The notes under the pieces were generated by a model. The model had not been told where the DNA came from. It did not search any database and saw only the letters and a list, made by a program, of their open reading frames with translations. The translations under genes were made by a program, and so were the position numbers. From positions 32,001 through 96,000 of IMG/VR virus record IMGVR_UViG_3300010399_000001: DNA of 64,000 bases; one strand, written 5' to 3'. How positions within the stretch are numbered: position 1 is the first letter of the stretch; every line of letters begins with the position of its first letter. Source of the stretch: a virus. This document shows positions 18,890-26,578 of the stretch, in pieces.

Positions 18890-18917
18890 GAAAGCCCCCT
18901 GGCAATAGGGGGCTTTC
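18890..18917. terminator. intrinsic terminator-like hairpin
   Basis: gaaagccccct-ggcaat-agggggctttc. Confidence 0.6.
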
Positions 18918-19035
18918 TGGTGTCTGGAGCCGGAGCGCTAAGCGAGCATAACCCGCTGAGCATCAAGGGCGCACTCTCCACCCCCTTCCATGCATTTTCG
19001 CAGGTGGGAGCTTGTTTTGGAGAGTGCGCCCTAGC

Positions 19036-19536
19036 TTACGCCGCCTCGGCCTCTCGCGCCAGGCCGCGCTCATTCCGGCCATAGACGCGCTGAGACTTCT
19101 TCTTGGCTAATGCCCTTAGCCCATTGGCTAGGACCTCTAGCGCTTCGGACTTGCGGCTTGCGGGGCGGCAGCAGCCGTCGCAGCCGTGGACCTGCCAGAC
19201 ATCGCGCCTGTCGTACCGCGCGAGCCAGTCCAGAGAGTCCGGGTCGGGATGACCCACCCCGTGCGGGCAGATGCGCTCGCTCAGGGTCAGCTTCATCCCG
19301 TTGCGTACCACCTGGCGATCCATGCGGTGAACCAGCGGCCAGTGGTTCATGTGGTGATTGGAGGGATTGTGGATGCAGCATCGCTGCCCCGCGCAGACCG
19401 AGGGGCTGTGGGTGTGCAGGACCGGACGACTATGGATCTCCTGATCCGGACCATCCTTGCCGAGGATGGCGCTGATTTGATAGTCGTCGAAGATCATTGC
19501 ATTGGCGATCCTGATGCCATCCCATGAACCGGACAT
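19036..19536 (-). CDS. Cys/His-rich actinophage protein
   Basis: CCIHNPSNHHM...ERICPHGVGHPDPD...HGCDGCC. Confidence 0.7.
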   Translation of the reverse strand: MSGSWDGIRIANAMIFDDYQISAILGKDGPDQEIHSRPVLHTHSPSVCAGQRCCIHNPSNHHMNHWPLVHRMDRQVVRNGMKLTLSERICPHGVGHPDPDSLDWLARYDRRDVWQVHGCDGCCRPASRKSEALEVLANGLRALAKKKSQRVYGRNERGLAREAEAA

Positions 19537-19538
19537 GC

Positions 19539-20075
19539 TCACTGCCTGCTCCCCTCCGCCCATCGGCGGACGTTGCCGAGGTGCTTATCGGTGATACCGG
19601 TGCGAGGACTGACCGGCTCGTAGAGGGTCGGCGCGATCATACGGTCCCGCATTCCGGCCTCGGTCAGATCCATCGGGGTGAACTCGTCATCCAGCCATGC
19701 GTACGGGCGATGGCGGACATACTCCTCCACGCTCGGCCGCTTCCAGATCCGCAGGGGATCGCCCCGCTGCCACACGCACTCGATGGTCGGTAACTGCGGC
19801 AGACCCAGGATGGGGGCGATCAGCTTGTTTGCCAGATCGTTCCACGCGGTAGCCCAGACTAGATCCACAACGTCGGTCAGCTCAAGAAGCTGCCTGCCGT
19901 GATCGGGATTGAGCCACACCCGGATGCCACCCTTGACCCACGGGCGGCCGAGTGGATCGGTGAATGCCCCGCTGAGCAGGCGGTGCGTCTGGAATCCCGG
20001 CGGCCTGCGGGTCGGCTTGGCCGCGTAGGGGTTGAGCGGACCGTCCACATCGATCAGCAATAGCGGCTTGTTCAT
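19539..20075 (-). CDS. HAD phosphatase, Swiss-Army-Knife RNA-repair-like
   Basis: PLLLIDVDGPLNP, LVWATAW, WK, YAWLDDE motifs. Confidence 0.8.
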   Translation of the reverse strand: MNKPLLLIDVDGPLNPYAAKPTRRPPGFQTHRLLSGAFTDPLGRPWVKGGIRVWLNPDHGRQLLELTDVVDLVWATAWNDLANKLIAPILGLPQLPTIECVWQRGDPLRIWKRPSVEEYVRHRPYAWLDDEFTPMDLTEAGMRDRMIAPTLYEPVSPRTGITDKHLGNVRRWAEGSRQ

Positions 20076-20076
20076 C

Positions 20077-21039
20077 TCAGAAGTCTCCGTACTCGACCTG
20101 GTGGCAGGGCAGCTTGTAGACCAGCCGCCACAGATCGACCACCTGGTTGCGGTCGTCATAGACGGCCTCGACGTTGTAGCGGCCTCGGATGTTCTGCTCG
20201 AACAGCTGCGACTTGACCACGAAGTCCGGCCGCCTGTCCCCAGTGGGGCGCATGTGCAGGTCGCTGTACTTGATGTTGTGGGCTCGCAGCCACGCCTCGG
20301 TCTGCCTGCGGTACTCCTCCTGGCGGCCGGACAGAAGGATGATCTTGATCTCGCCGTCGACGTACGGGTAGATGTCGATCAGATTGGCAACTGCCTCGTT
20401 CAGGCTGTCGGTCTCCAGCTCCTCCAGGTCGTAGGGACCCCTATCCGCATGCTTCGCCAGGGTGCCGTCGATATCGAACAGCACGCACCAGGGCAGATCA
20501 TCGTCGATAACGCAGGGCTGAACTGGGCGGATCAGGTCACGCCACTCGTTCATCCACTCATCGGTCAGCTTCCAGCCGTCCTTGCGGGTGGACTGATGGC
20601 GCTCCCACATACCCCGGATGACCGACTCGCCCACTCGCTCCCCATCGCGCCGCCCGGCGTCCACGGCGATGCACTCCTCGACCGTCATATCAGTCAGGTC
20701 GTGAACCCGGAAGATCACATTGCGGGTGGAGAGGGTCGTGCGGTACCGATTGGGCAGCTTGTAGCCCATGTGGGTGTTGTCGATCACCACGTCGTATCCG
20801 GCGTCCACCGCGCTCATGACGCCGCGCAGCATGGCCTTCTGAACCACCTTCTCGATGGCGTCATCCCATCTGGGGATGCTCATCATCCGGCGGTAGTCGT
20901 CCAGATTGAAGCGCATGGCCGAGATGCTGCGAGCGTACGTGCTCTTGCCAGAGCCGGGCAGGCCGTGCATCACATGGATCACCACCTCCTTACTGGATGG
21001 ATCGTGACGCGGATCAGCCGCGAGATCGTAGACGCGCAT
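20077..21039 (-). CDS. polynucleotide 5'-kinase/3'-phosphatase (T4 PNKP-like)
   Basis: P-loop GLPGSGKST, DDYRRM, VVIDNT; HAD FDIDGTLA, LSGR, MRPTGDRRPD..VK, YDDRNQVV. Confidence 0.92.
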   Translation of the reverse strand: MRVYDLAADPRHDPSSKEVVIHVMHGLPGSGKSTYARSISAMRFNLDDYRRMMSIPRWDDAIEKVVQKAMLRGVMSAVDAGYDVVIDNTHMGYKLPNRYRTTLSTRNVIFRVHDLTDMTVEECIAVDAGRRDGERVGESVIRGMWERHQSTRKDGWKLTDEWMNEWRDLIRPVQPCVIDDDLPWCVLFDIDGTLAKHADRGPYDLEELETDSLNEAVANLIDIYPYVDGEIKIILLSGRQEEYRRQTEAWLRAHNIKYSDLHMRPTGDRRPDFVVKSQLFEQNIRGRYNVEAVYDDRNQVVDLWRLVYKLPCHQVEYGDF

Positions 21040-21127
21040 AGGTGTCTCCCGTCAGATGCAAGCGCTAGAGCGCTCCTAGCTTTATATAGAGTATTGTAGC
21101 ATGTGCTTTAGATGAAGCTTGGATGTG

Positions 21128-21167
21128 CAGCTGCCCCGCTCTCAGGCCTGCGAGAGCGGGGCAGCTG
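21128..21167. terminator. hairpin downstream of Ro60 gene
   Basis: 16-bp inverted repeat cagctgccccgctctc/gagagcggggcagctg. Confidence 0.7.
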
Positions 21168-21178
21168 TATCAGCTCTG

Positions 21179-22843
21179 TTAGAAAGGCCAGCTACCATCA
21201 CCGGCAGACAGCGAGGCCAGCATCGTGAACACCTTGTCGGAGAACCCGCCGATCTCGTACCGGTTCGGCTTGCTCGTGTCGATGCTGGATGCACCGTAAC
21301 CCGAGGTGTTGATGCCGAACATCGGCACGCGGTCCGGAATGGCCTCCGACACGCTCATACCGCGCACCTTGCCGATCGCATCGTAGTAGCCGACCGAACC
21401 ACCACCGGGGTAGTGGAACGCCTGCATGTCCGAGACGATGACCACCCGATCATGACCGGAGTAGCTGGCCTTGAGGGCGGCGACCGTCTCGGTACCGTGA
21501 CCGACCGAGCCGACGCGCTTGCTGAATCCCTCGATGTCGCGCAGCAGGCTGCCGCCGTTCTTGAGCGGGTACTGGAAGACTCCGTTGGCGAAGCCGACCA
21601 GGTCCACATTCTTCGGACCGCACTTACGCGCGATCGCCACGCCGATCAGAGCGCCGATATCGACATGACGGATGCTCGACTTGGCCGAGACGTTGCTGTG
21701 CATCGATCCGGAGGTGTCTACCAGGACCAGGGTGCGGCCCGGCAGGTTGGGGATGTTGGCGCATGCGTGACCCAGCGCCTCCTCCAGCGGCTGACCCCAG
21801 CGCAGCGAGTTGAGCGAGCGGTAAGCCGACAGGAACCGGTACGGGAACTGGCGGGACTTGGCCACCTGAGCCGGGTCGCTGATGCGCGAGGCGACCTTCT
21901 CGTAGACCTCCTTGCCAAGCTTGGCCTCATCGAAGTTGCGCAGGTTGCGCAGCAGCGCCATGTAACCCATCGACGGGATGATCGCCTCCCAGGCGATGCG
22001 ATCCATCGGGCCCTGGAGCCAGCCGGACAGCGCCTCCCAGGTGATGCCAGCCTCACGCAGCCGCTCCGCTGCACCGGAAGCCTTGACAAAGCTCCGGCGC
22101 TCAGCGAGGGGGAGGGACAGCAGCTCCTTGCGCTTGCGCAGCATCGTCAGCGACTCGGGGATCTCCTTGCCGCGCCCGTGCCTCTCGTCGATGATGTGCT
22201 CGAACAGGTCCCCCTGCTCGGGCGTGACGAATGCGGCGTTGAACCGGTCGACAGGGTGCACCATCTCGATCACGTCGGCGAAGCGCACACTCTTGTCCGG
22301 CGAGTCGTACTTGGAGTACGAGTACTCGCTGTAGAGGCGGCGCACCGCATCACCGGTACCGCGCTTGATCGAGATCGGGATGCGGTTGCGGCCATAGTTG
22401 GCGATCCAGTAGGCCAGCAGCTCCCCCGGCTCGTCGGCGCGAGAGCACGCCAGGGAGATCAGGCGGCGGTTGATGCCGACCGGCACATCGTTGCGGATAT
22501 CGGTCGGAGCCATGAGCGTGCGGGTACGCACCGCCTCGGCGGCGATGACGATAGACGCGGTGCGCATGTTGGCCTCGTTGCGCAGCCACGGGATGAAGCC
22601 CAGCAGCCACTGCGGGTCCTCGCGCGCAACGGCGGCGGCCAGCTCCTTCAGGCGCTTGGCCTGGTCGCTCTTGGACTCGTAGAACTTGTCCTCGCCCATG
22701 TAGGTGACGGCCAGGATGAACAGGTCGCTCTTGGCGTCACGCTTGAACGCCGCCCCACTCTCGAAGGTGGTGGTCTTCTCCCCCGTGGTGCGCACCGGCC
22801 CGAGGGTCGCAGTGCCACCCGAACGCTTGTTGAATCCAGACAT
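21179..22843 (-). CDS. rsr: Ro60 / Rsr TROVE + vWA RNA-binding protein
   Basis: TROVE motifs (WLRNEANMRT, SRADEP, YSKYD, ITWE, MGYMALLRNLRNF, SRQFPYRFLSAY) and MIDAS LVDTSGSM; VIVSDMQ; GGFSD. Confidence 0.95.
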   Translation of the reverse strand: MSGFNKRSGGTATLGPVRTTGEKTTTFESGAAFKRDAKSDLFILAVTYMGEDKFYESKSDQAKRLKELAAAVAREDPQWLLGFIPWLRNEANMRTASIVIAAEAVRTRTLMAPTDIRNDVPVGINRRLISLACSRADEPGELLAYWIANYGRNRIPISIKRGTGDAVRRLYSEYSYSKYDSPDKSVRFADVIEMVHPVDRFNAAFVTPEQGDLFEHIIDERHGRGKEIPESLTMLRKRKELLSLPLAERRSFVKASGAAERLREAGITWEALSGWLQGPMDRIAWEAIIPSMGYMALLRNLRNFDEAKLGKEVYEKVASRISDPAQVAKSRQFPYRFLSAYRSLNSLRWGQPLEEALGHACANIPNLPGRTLVLVDTSGSMHSNVSAKSSIRHVDIGALIGVAIARKCGPKNVDLVGFANGVFQYPLKNGGSLLRDIEGFSKRVGSVGHGTETVAALKASYSGHDRVVIVSDMQAFHYPGGGSVGYYDAIGKVRGMSVSEAIPDRVPMFGINTSGYGASSIDTSKPNRYEIGGFSDKVFTMLASLSAGDGSWPF

Positions 22844-22844
22844 G

Positions 22845-22873
22845 AAAAAACCCCTCTCGTCTTGACGGAGGGG
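22845..22873 (-). terminator. intrinsic terminator overlapping the rsr ribosome-binding site
   Basis: Minus strand CCCCTC-CGTCAAGACGA-GAGGGG-TTTTTT-C-ATG. Confidence 0.75.
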
Positions 22874-22880
22874 AAAGGCA

Positions 22881-23033
22881 TGGTAGCGCCCGAGATCAGA
22901 AGTCGGTGGCGGTGTTTTCAGTCTTATGCTCTACCTGACTGAGCTACCCCACCCGAAGGCGGGGGCAGGATTCGAACCTGCGACCGTAAGATTAGCAATG
23001 AAGTATCCGTCACCTGCGCTTCGGGCGCTGCCA
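22881..23033 (-). ncRNA. Y RNA-like (YrlA-type) with permuted tRNA domain
   Basis: CCCGAAGCGCAG...GATACTTC, T arm, acceptor-like stem closed by TTCG, D arm TAGCTCAGTCAGGTAGAGC, ...TGATCTCGGG. Confidence 0.85.
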
Positions 23034-23040
23034 AAACCTT

Positions 23041-23127
23041 TCCCGAGATCAGTGTGAATGGCGGTATTATGCCTCGAACTACCATGTGAAGGTTATTGAG
23101 AAGTAACCGTCATTCTGCGCTTCGGGA
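23041..23127 (-). ncRNA. Y RNA-like, short, with Val(CAC)-like anticodon hairpin
   Basis: Same scaffold; insert AATAACC-TTCACAT-GGTAGTT. Confidence 0.8.
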
Positions 23128-23140
23128 TGAAGCCTTTGGT

Positions 23141-23250
23141 CCCTCCGAGATCAAGATGGCGATGGAGAGCGGGACTTGAACCCGCAGAATTCCGTTGCTT
23201 AGACAGAATCATTCAACCAATGAAGTAACCATCACCTGCGCTTCGGAGGG
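23141..23250 (-). ncRNA. Y RNA-like with anticodon-like hairpin and T arm
   Basis: Same scaffold; ATTCTGT-CTAAGCA-ACGGAAT then GCGGG-TTCAAGT-CCCGC. Confidence 0.8.
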
Positions 23251-23262
23251 TGAAGCAGTAGA

Positions 23263-23417
23263 TATGGACATCCCCGAGATCGAGTCGACCAAGGTAACGT
23301 TAGGCGCTTTAGGCCACTAAGCTACCCCCGGATGAGCCCAGGGGGCAGGATTCGAACCTGCGATCTCCCGCTCCCAATGCGAAGTAACCCTATGTCTGCG
23401 CTTCGGGAATGTCCATA
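23263..23417 (-). ncRNA. Y RNA-like (YrlA-type) with permuted tRNA-Pro-like domain
   Basis: TGG-GA-GCGGG-AGATC-T arm; D arm TAGCTTAGTGGCCTAAAGCG. Confidence 0.85.
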
Positions 23418-23428
23418 ACAAAGCAGGG

Positions 23429-23576
23429 GATGCGGTCCCGAGATCAATTCGGCTGGGAGGTGTTTAACGTGCTGCCATTGCACCACCGGCCCAGGAGTGG
23501 ACCGGACAGGATTCGAACCTGCATCTCTCCATTAGAAGTGAAGTAACCCCTTATGCCTGCGCTTCGGGGCCGCATC
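23429..23576 (-). ncRNA. Y RNA-like (YrlA-type) with permuted tRNA domain
   Basis: CT-TCT-AA segment, T arm, closed acceptor, D arm TGGTGCAATGGCAGCAC. Confidence 0.85.
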
Positions 23577-23605
23577 TTCTCATTCTCTATTCAGTTGTGA
23601 AAAGC

Positions 23606-23738
23606 ATCCCGAGATCAAGCCGGTGAACGAAAGCGCATTGGACCACTCTGCCACGACCTGCCTGCACTAGTCAGACAGGCGCTGGGATTCGAACCCAGGT
23701 TCTCTGTGAGAAGTAACGCTCAACCTTCGCTTCGGGAT
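23606..23738 (-). ncRNA. Y RNA-like (YrlA-type) with permuted tRNA domain
   Basis: T arm CTGGG-TTCGAAT-CCCAG, closed acceptor, D arm TGGCAGAGTGGTCCAATGC. Confidence 0.85.
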
Positions 23739-23749
23739 ATGAAGTTTGA

Positions 23750-23830
23750 CAGCTCCGAGATCAAGTCGATGCCAGGCGTTGGTGTCTAATTTACAGTTAG
23801 AAGTAACCCGGCTTCTTCGCTTCGGAACTG
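23750..23830 (-). ncRNA. Y RNA-like, short, with Tyr(GTA) anticodon stem-loop
   Basis: Same scaffold; TCTAA-CTGTAAA-TTAGA. Confidence 0.8.
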
Positions 23831-23835
23831 AGACT

Positions 23836-23864
23836 AAGCTACCGTGCTCATCGGCTAAGTGCAA
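23836..23864 (-). promoter_or_regulatory. sigma70/HrdB-type promoter for the Y RNA array
   Basis: TTGCAC-17 nt-TAGCTT ending 5 nt before the first Y RNA stem. Confidence 0.7.
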
Positions 23865-23867
23865 GTC

Positions 23868-24647
23868 CTAACTGATGTGCCTGGCGAAGAACGCGGCGAT
23901 CTCGTGGGTGTCCTCGTCCGGTACCGACGCCAGGAAGCATCCTGCCACAGTGAGGGCTGAGTCCAGATCGTCATTAGCCAGAGCCGTGGCGATCTCGTAC
24001 CCGGTAAACGAGACTCCGTCGATGCTCAGACCCCCATACGGAGCGGGCCCCGAGCTGGCGATCGCCGCCTTGGCCAGGCTGATCAGAACGCCGAGCTGGG
24101 TGTTCATCAGCCCGTCCGTACCAATCAGCGCCCTCCAGATCTTCTTGAAGGACTCCATGTCGTCCTTGGCCGACACAAGCTCCTGGTAGGCGATGTTGGA
24201 GGTCTCGGCGGAGTTGTGCGCGACCTCCTCCATGATCGGGCGCAACATGCTGATCAGCGCACCGAACAGCAACCGGGCGTTACCCTGCGGGTTGGCCTCG
24301 ACATACCGCCAGATCATGTCGCCGAACACCTTGCTGTTCTCGGGCGAGGGCGTATTGCGCGCCATGTCTAGGAACGGCGGCACGTCCTTGGCGATCTGCG
24401 AGTAGTGCGCCTGATCCTGATTCAGGAACTCCACCGCCTTCTCGTTTGTATAGTCCTTGCCGACCCATACGCACAGCGCGCCGATAGAGCCCATGACCTT
24501 GAACTTCGCGGCCGGGTCCCCCTTCAGGGCGTTCGCCTCATTCAGGCCCCACCATGCAGAGCAGGCGAGCATCCCTTCGTCGCCGCTGTAGAAGCGGTAC
24601 ATGAGAGAACGTATCTCTTCGGCGAGATCTCCATGCGTCGTCCCCAT
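23868..24647 (-). CDS. hypothetical protein
   Basis: Long ORF with AAGGA RBS. Confidence 0.65.
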   Translation of the reverse strand: MGTTHGDLAEEIRSLMYRFYSGDEGMLACSAWWGLNEANALKGDPAAKFKVMGSIGALCVWVGKDYTNEKAVEFLNQDQAHYSQIAKDVPPFLDMARNTPSPENSKVFGDMIWRYVEANPQGNARLLFGALISMLRPIMEEVAHNSAETSNIAYQELVSAKDDMESFKKIWRALIGTDGLMNTQLGVLISLAKAAIASSGPAPYGGLSIDGVSFTGYEIATALANDDLDSALTVAGCFLASVPDEDTHEIAAFFARHIS

Positions 24648-24711
24648 GAGGACCCATCCTTTCGAAGCGCGGCGGACCGATGCGTACACCGGTCCGCCGC
24701 AAAGCCGGTGC

Positions 24712-25572
24712 CTACCTGCGAGGCTGGGGGAAGTTGTCGTTGGACAGTCCACCCTGCGGGAGCTGGAGCTTGTACCGCGACGCCTTAGAGCGGTACGCGT
24801 TCCATGCGTAGATGATGAATGCGATGTACACGTCGGACGGGATGCGCCGGTGCTCCTTCTGGCGACGGTCGTTCTCGCGCCGGATGCGGTCGCGCAGCAC
24901 CAGGATCGGGTGATTGGCCTCCAGCCCCGCTCCGTCGCACAGGCGCTCCAGGAAGTACGTGCCTTCCACGGGATTGCTGTTCATCAGCAGCCAGTGCACG
25001 AAGGACAGGATGGAGGCGTGCACACCAACCTTGCGGTAGTTGGTGATGCCGTAATCCACCGACACCCGCAGGTGCGGGTACCGGGCGAGCACGTCCTCCA
25101 GTTCAGAGTGGCTGGGGCGCAGGCCACTACCGCCCTGGACGTAGCACCCAACCTCCCATAGGGCGATACGCCGCAGCGCCGCCGACAGGGTGGAGTAGTG
25201 CGACTCGCCAGCCAGGTTCAGCTGGTCACGGAACGCCCTCGGGCGGCCCGTATCGATCACCTTCTGGTCTTCGATCGAGGCTCCGTAGTGCACCAGAAGC
25301 TCTACGGTCGCACCAGACTGCGCGATAGCTGCCAGCCGGTGCTGACCATCCACGATGACAAGGCCGCCATCCTGGGTCCTGGCGAACTCGACGGCCTTGG
25401 CGATGCGACGCCAGCGACCAGCGAGCATGTCGCGGGCGTACTGATCCACGACGGACTGGGAGATCGTGCGGTTGTGGCCGTTGCGCGTCTCCAGCCACAG
25501 CTTCGCCATGGCGGGAGTGACCTTCACCCACTGCGGGGCGGTCGGAGGTTCAGATTGAATGGCCTTGGGCAC
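24712..25572 (-). CDS. ParB/Srx-like (DGQHR) phage protein
   Basis: VTPAMAKLWL..NGHNR...YARDMLAGRW...IVDGQHRLAAI...IDTGRPR. Confidence 0.8.
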   Translation of the reverse strand: MPKAIQSEPPTAPQWVKVTPAMAKLWLETRNGHNRTISQSVVDQYARDMLAGRWRRIAKAVEFARTQDGGLVIVDGQHRLAAIAQSGATVELLVHYGASIEDQKVIDTGRPRAFRDQLNLAGESHYSTLSAALRRIALWEVGCYVQGGSGLRPSHSELEDVLARYPHLRVSVDYGITNYRKVGVHASILSFVHWLLMNSNPVEGTYFLERLCDGAGLEANHPILVLRDRIRRENDRRQKEHRRIPSDVYIAFIIYAWNAYRSKASRYKLQLPQGGLSNDNFPQPRR

Positions 25573-25629
25573 GTCATGCCTTTCTAGTGATGCTCTCGGC
25601 AAGCTCAGCATGTCAATCCCTGAGCATGT

Positions 25630-25738
25630 GAGCATCGTAGCATAATGAATATCACCGGGCAAACATCTGAGCGCATCTTTATCTCTAGCTATTGATATCG
25701 CAAGGTGTGCGCTATGCGCGCAATGTGCTACGCTGCTC
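25630..25738. promoter_or_regulatory. divergent promoter pair separating the two early arms
   Basis: Minus: TTGCCC-17-TACGAT in motif 25630-25643; plus: motif GTGCTACGCTGCTC 25725-25738; AT-rich spacer. Confidence 0.7.
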
Positions 25739-25741
25739 TCA

Positions 25742-25934
25742 GCGCTCCCGCTCATGCTTCCCCGCCCCCCAGCGGAGCGGGGGCGCGCTGCCTCCGCCCT
25801 CGCTCGTTGCCCCACGCTGCGAGCGAGGGCGGCTCCAGGGCACCCGGGTTCGAGACCTAATCGCCCGGGAGATCGGCCGTCGCTGGGGGCGGCCGATCTG
25901 CGACCCCGCCCTCACCGCACTGGGGGCGGGGTCG
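25742..25934 (+). ncRNA. putative structured RNA (four long hairpins)
   Basis: Inverted repeats at 25742-25786, 25794-25832, 25870-25899, 25901-25934 between two promoter motifs. Confidence 0.5.
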
Positions 25935-25981
25935 TCTGCATGTAGGCTACAATGCTCATAGCGATCGGAGAGGAGGTCTCC

Positions 25982-26578
25982 ATGTTCCACCCACTATCCC
26001 AATTCGGCTCCGTGGTCGGTGTCGACTGCGACGAGATCACTGTCGCAACCGATGCAGCACTACATCCCGGTCGCGGGGTTCAAGGGCTGGCATTCCTGGC
26101 CAGCAATGGCAAGTACGGTCTCGCCCTGCGCGCCATCAACCCGAGAGATGGGTCCGATCGCACCACCGTGGCGGAACTCAAGGCCATCTCCTACGCCCTG
26201 GAGAAGCTGAGCAAGACTGCGCGCATCACGATCCTGAGCGACTCGCGCAATGCGTTGCGGATGATCGAGCGCTGGATATCCGGCGAAGAGGTCTACCCAG
26301 ACGGTTACCACGCGGGTATCCGCGAGAACGGTGACCTGCCACGGCTGGTGGAGATGCGCGCGCTGATCCTGCGCGACCCTTCTCGTCTGACCCTGATCTG
26401 GCAGCAGGGGCATGAAGGGCACCCGCTCAATGAGTTTGCGGACTCGGCAGCAAAGCTGGCGCTGCGTACCGGCAAGGACGCGTCGCGCCTGGATGTGAAG
26501 ACCCTGCCGAAGATCTGGGCCGCGACGCGCCTAGCCGATTGGCGCGCGCTACGCTCTGGAGCATGCCGAGCCGCGTAA
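25982..26578 (+). CDS. RNase H-like nuclease
   Basis: VATDAA, AELKAI, ILSDSRNA, WQQGHEGHPLNEFADSAA. Confidence 0.85.
   Translation: MFHPLSQFGSVVGVDCDEITVATDAALHPGRGVQGLAFLASNGKYGLALRAINPRDGSDRTTVAELKAISYALEKLSKTARITILSDSRNALRMIERWISGEEVYPDGYHAGIRENGDLPRLVEMRALILRDPSRLTLIWQQGHEGHPLNEFADSAAKLALRTGKDASRLDVKTLPKIWAATRLADWRALRSGACRAA

Noticed and set aside
21119-22942. Long plus-strand ORFs antisense to real genes (also 20032-21099, 44496-45755, 49160-50530, 54936-56804)
   Set aside because: Shadow ORFs expected from high-GC codon bias; no motifs or RBS
22930-23700. Functional tRNA genes inside the array
   Set aside because: T arm precedes D arm and the acceptor is closed by a loop, so there is no free 3' end to charge
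22881-23830. CRISPR array (repeats with variable spacers)
   Set aside because: The conserved parts are bipartite and pair with each other around structured inserts, unit lengths vary from about 80 to 155 nt, there are no cas genes, and the adjacent gene is Ro60; Y RNAs explain it better
23667-23864. 65-aa ORF in the ORF track
   Set aside because: Overlaps two Y RNA units and their promoter; its TTG start is the -35 box
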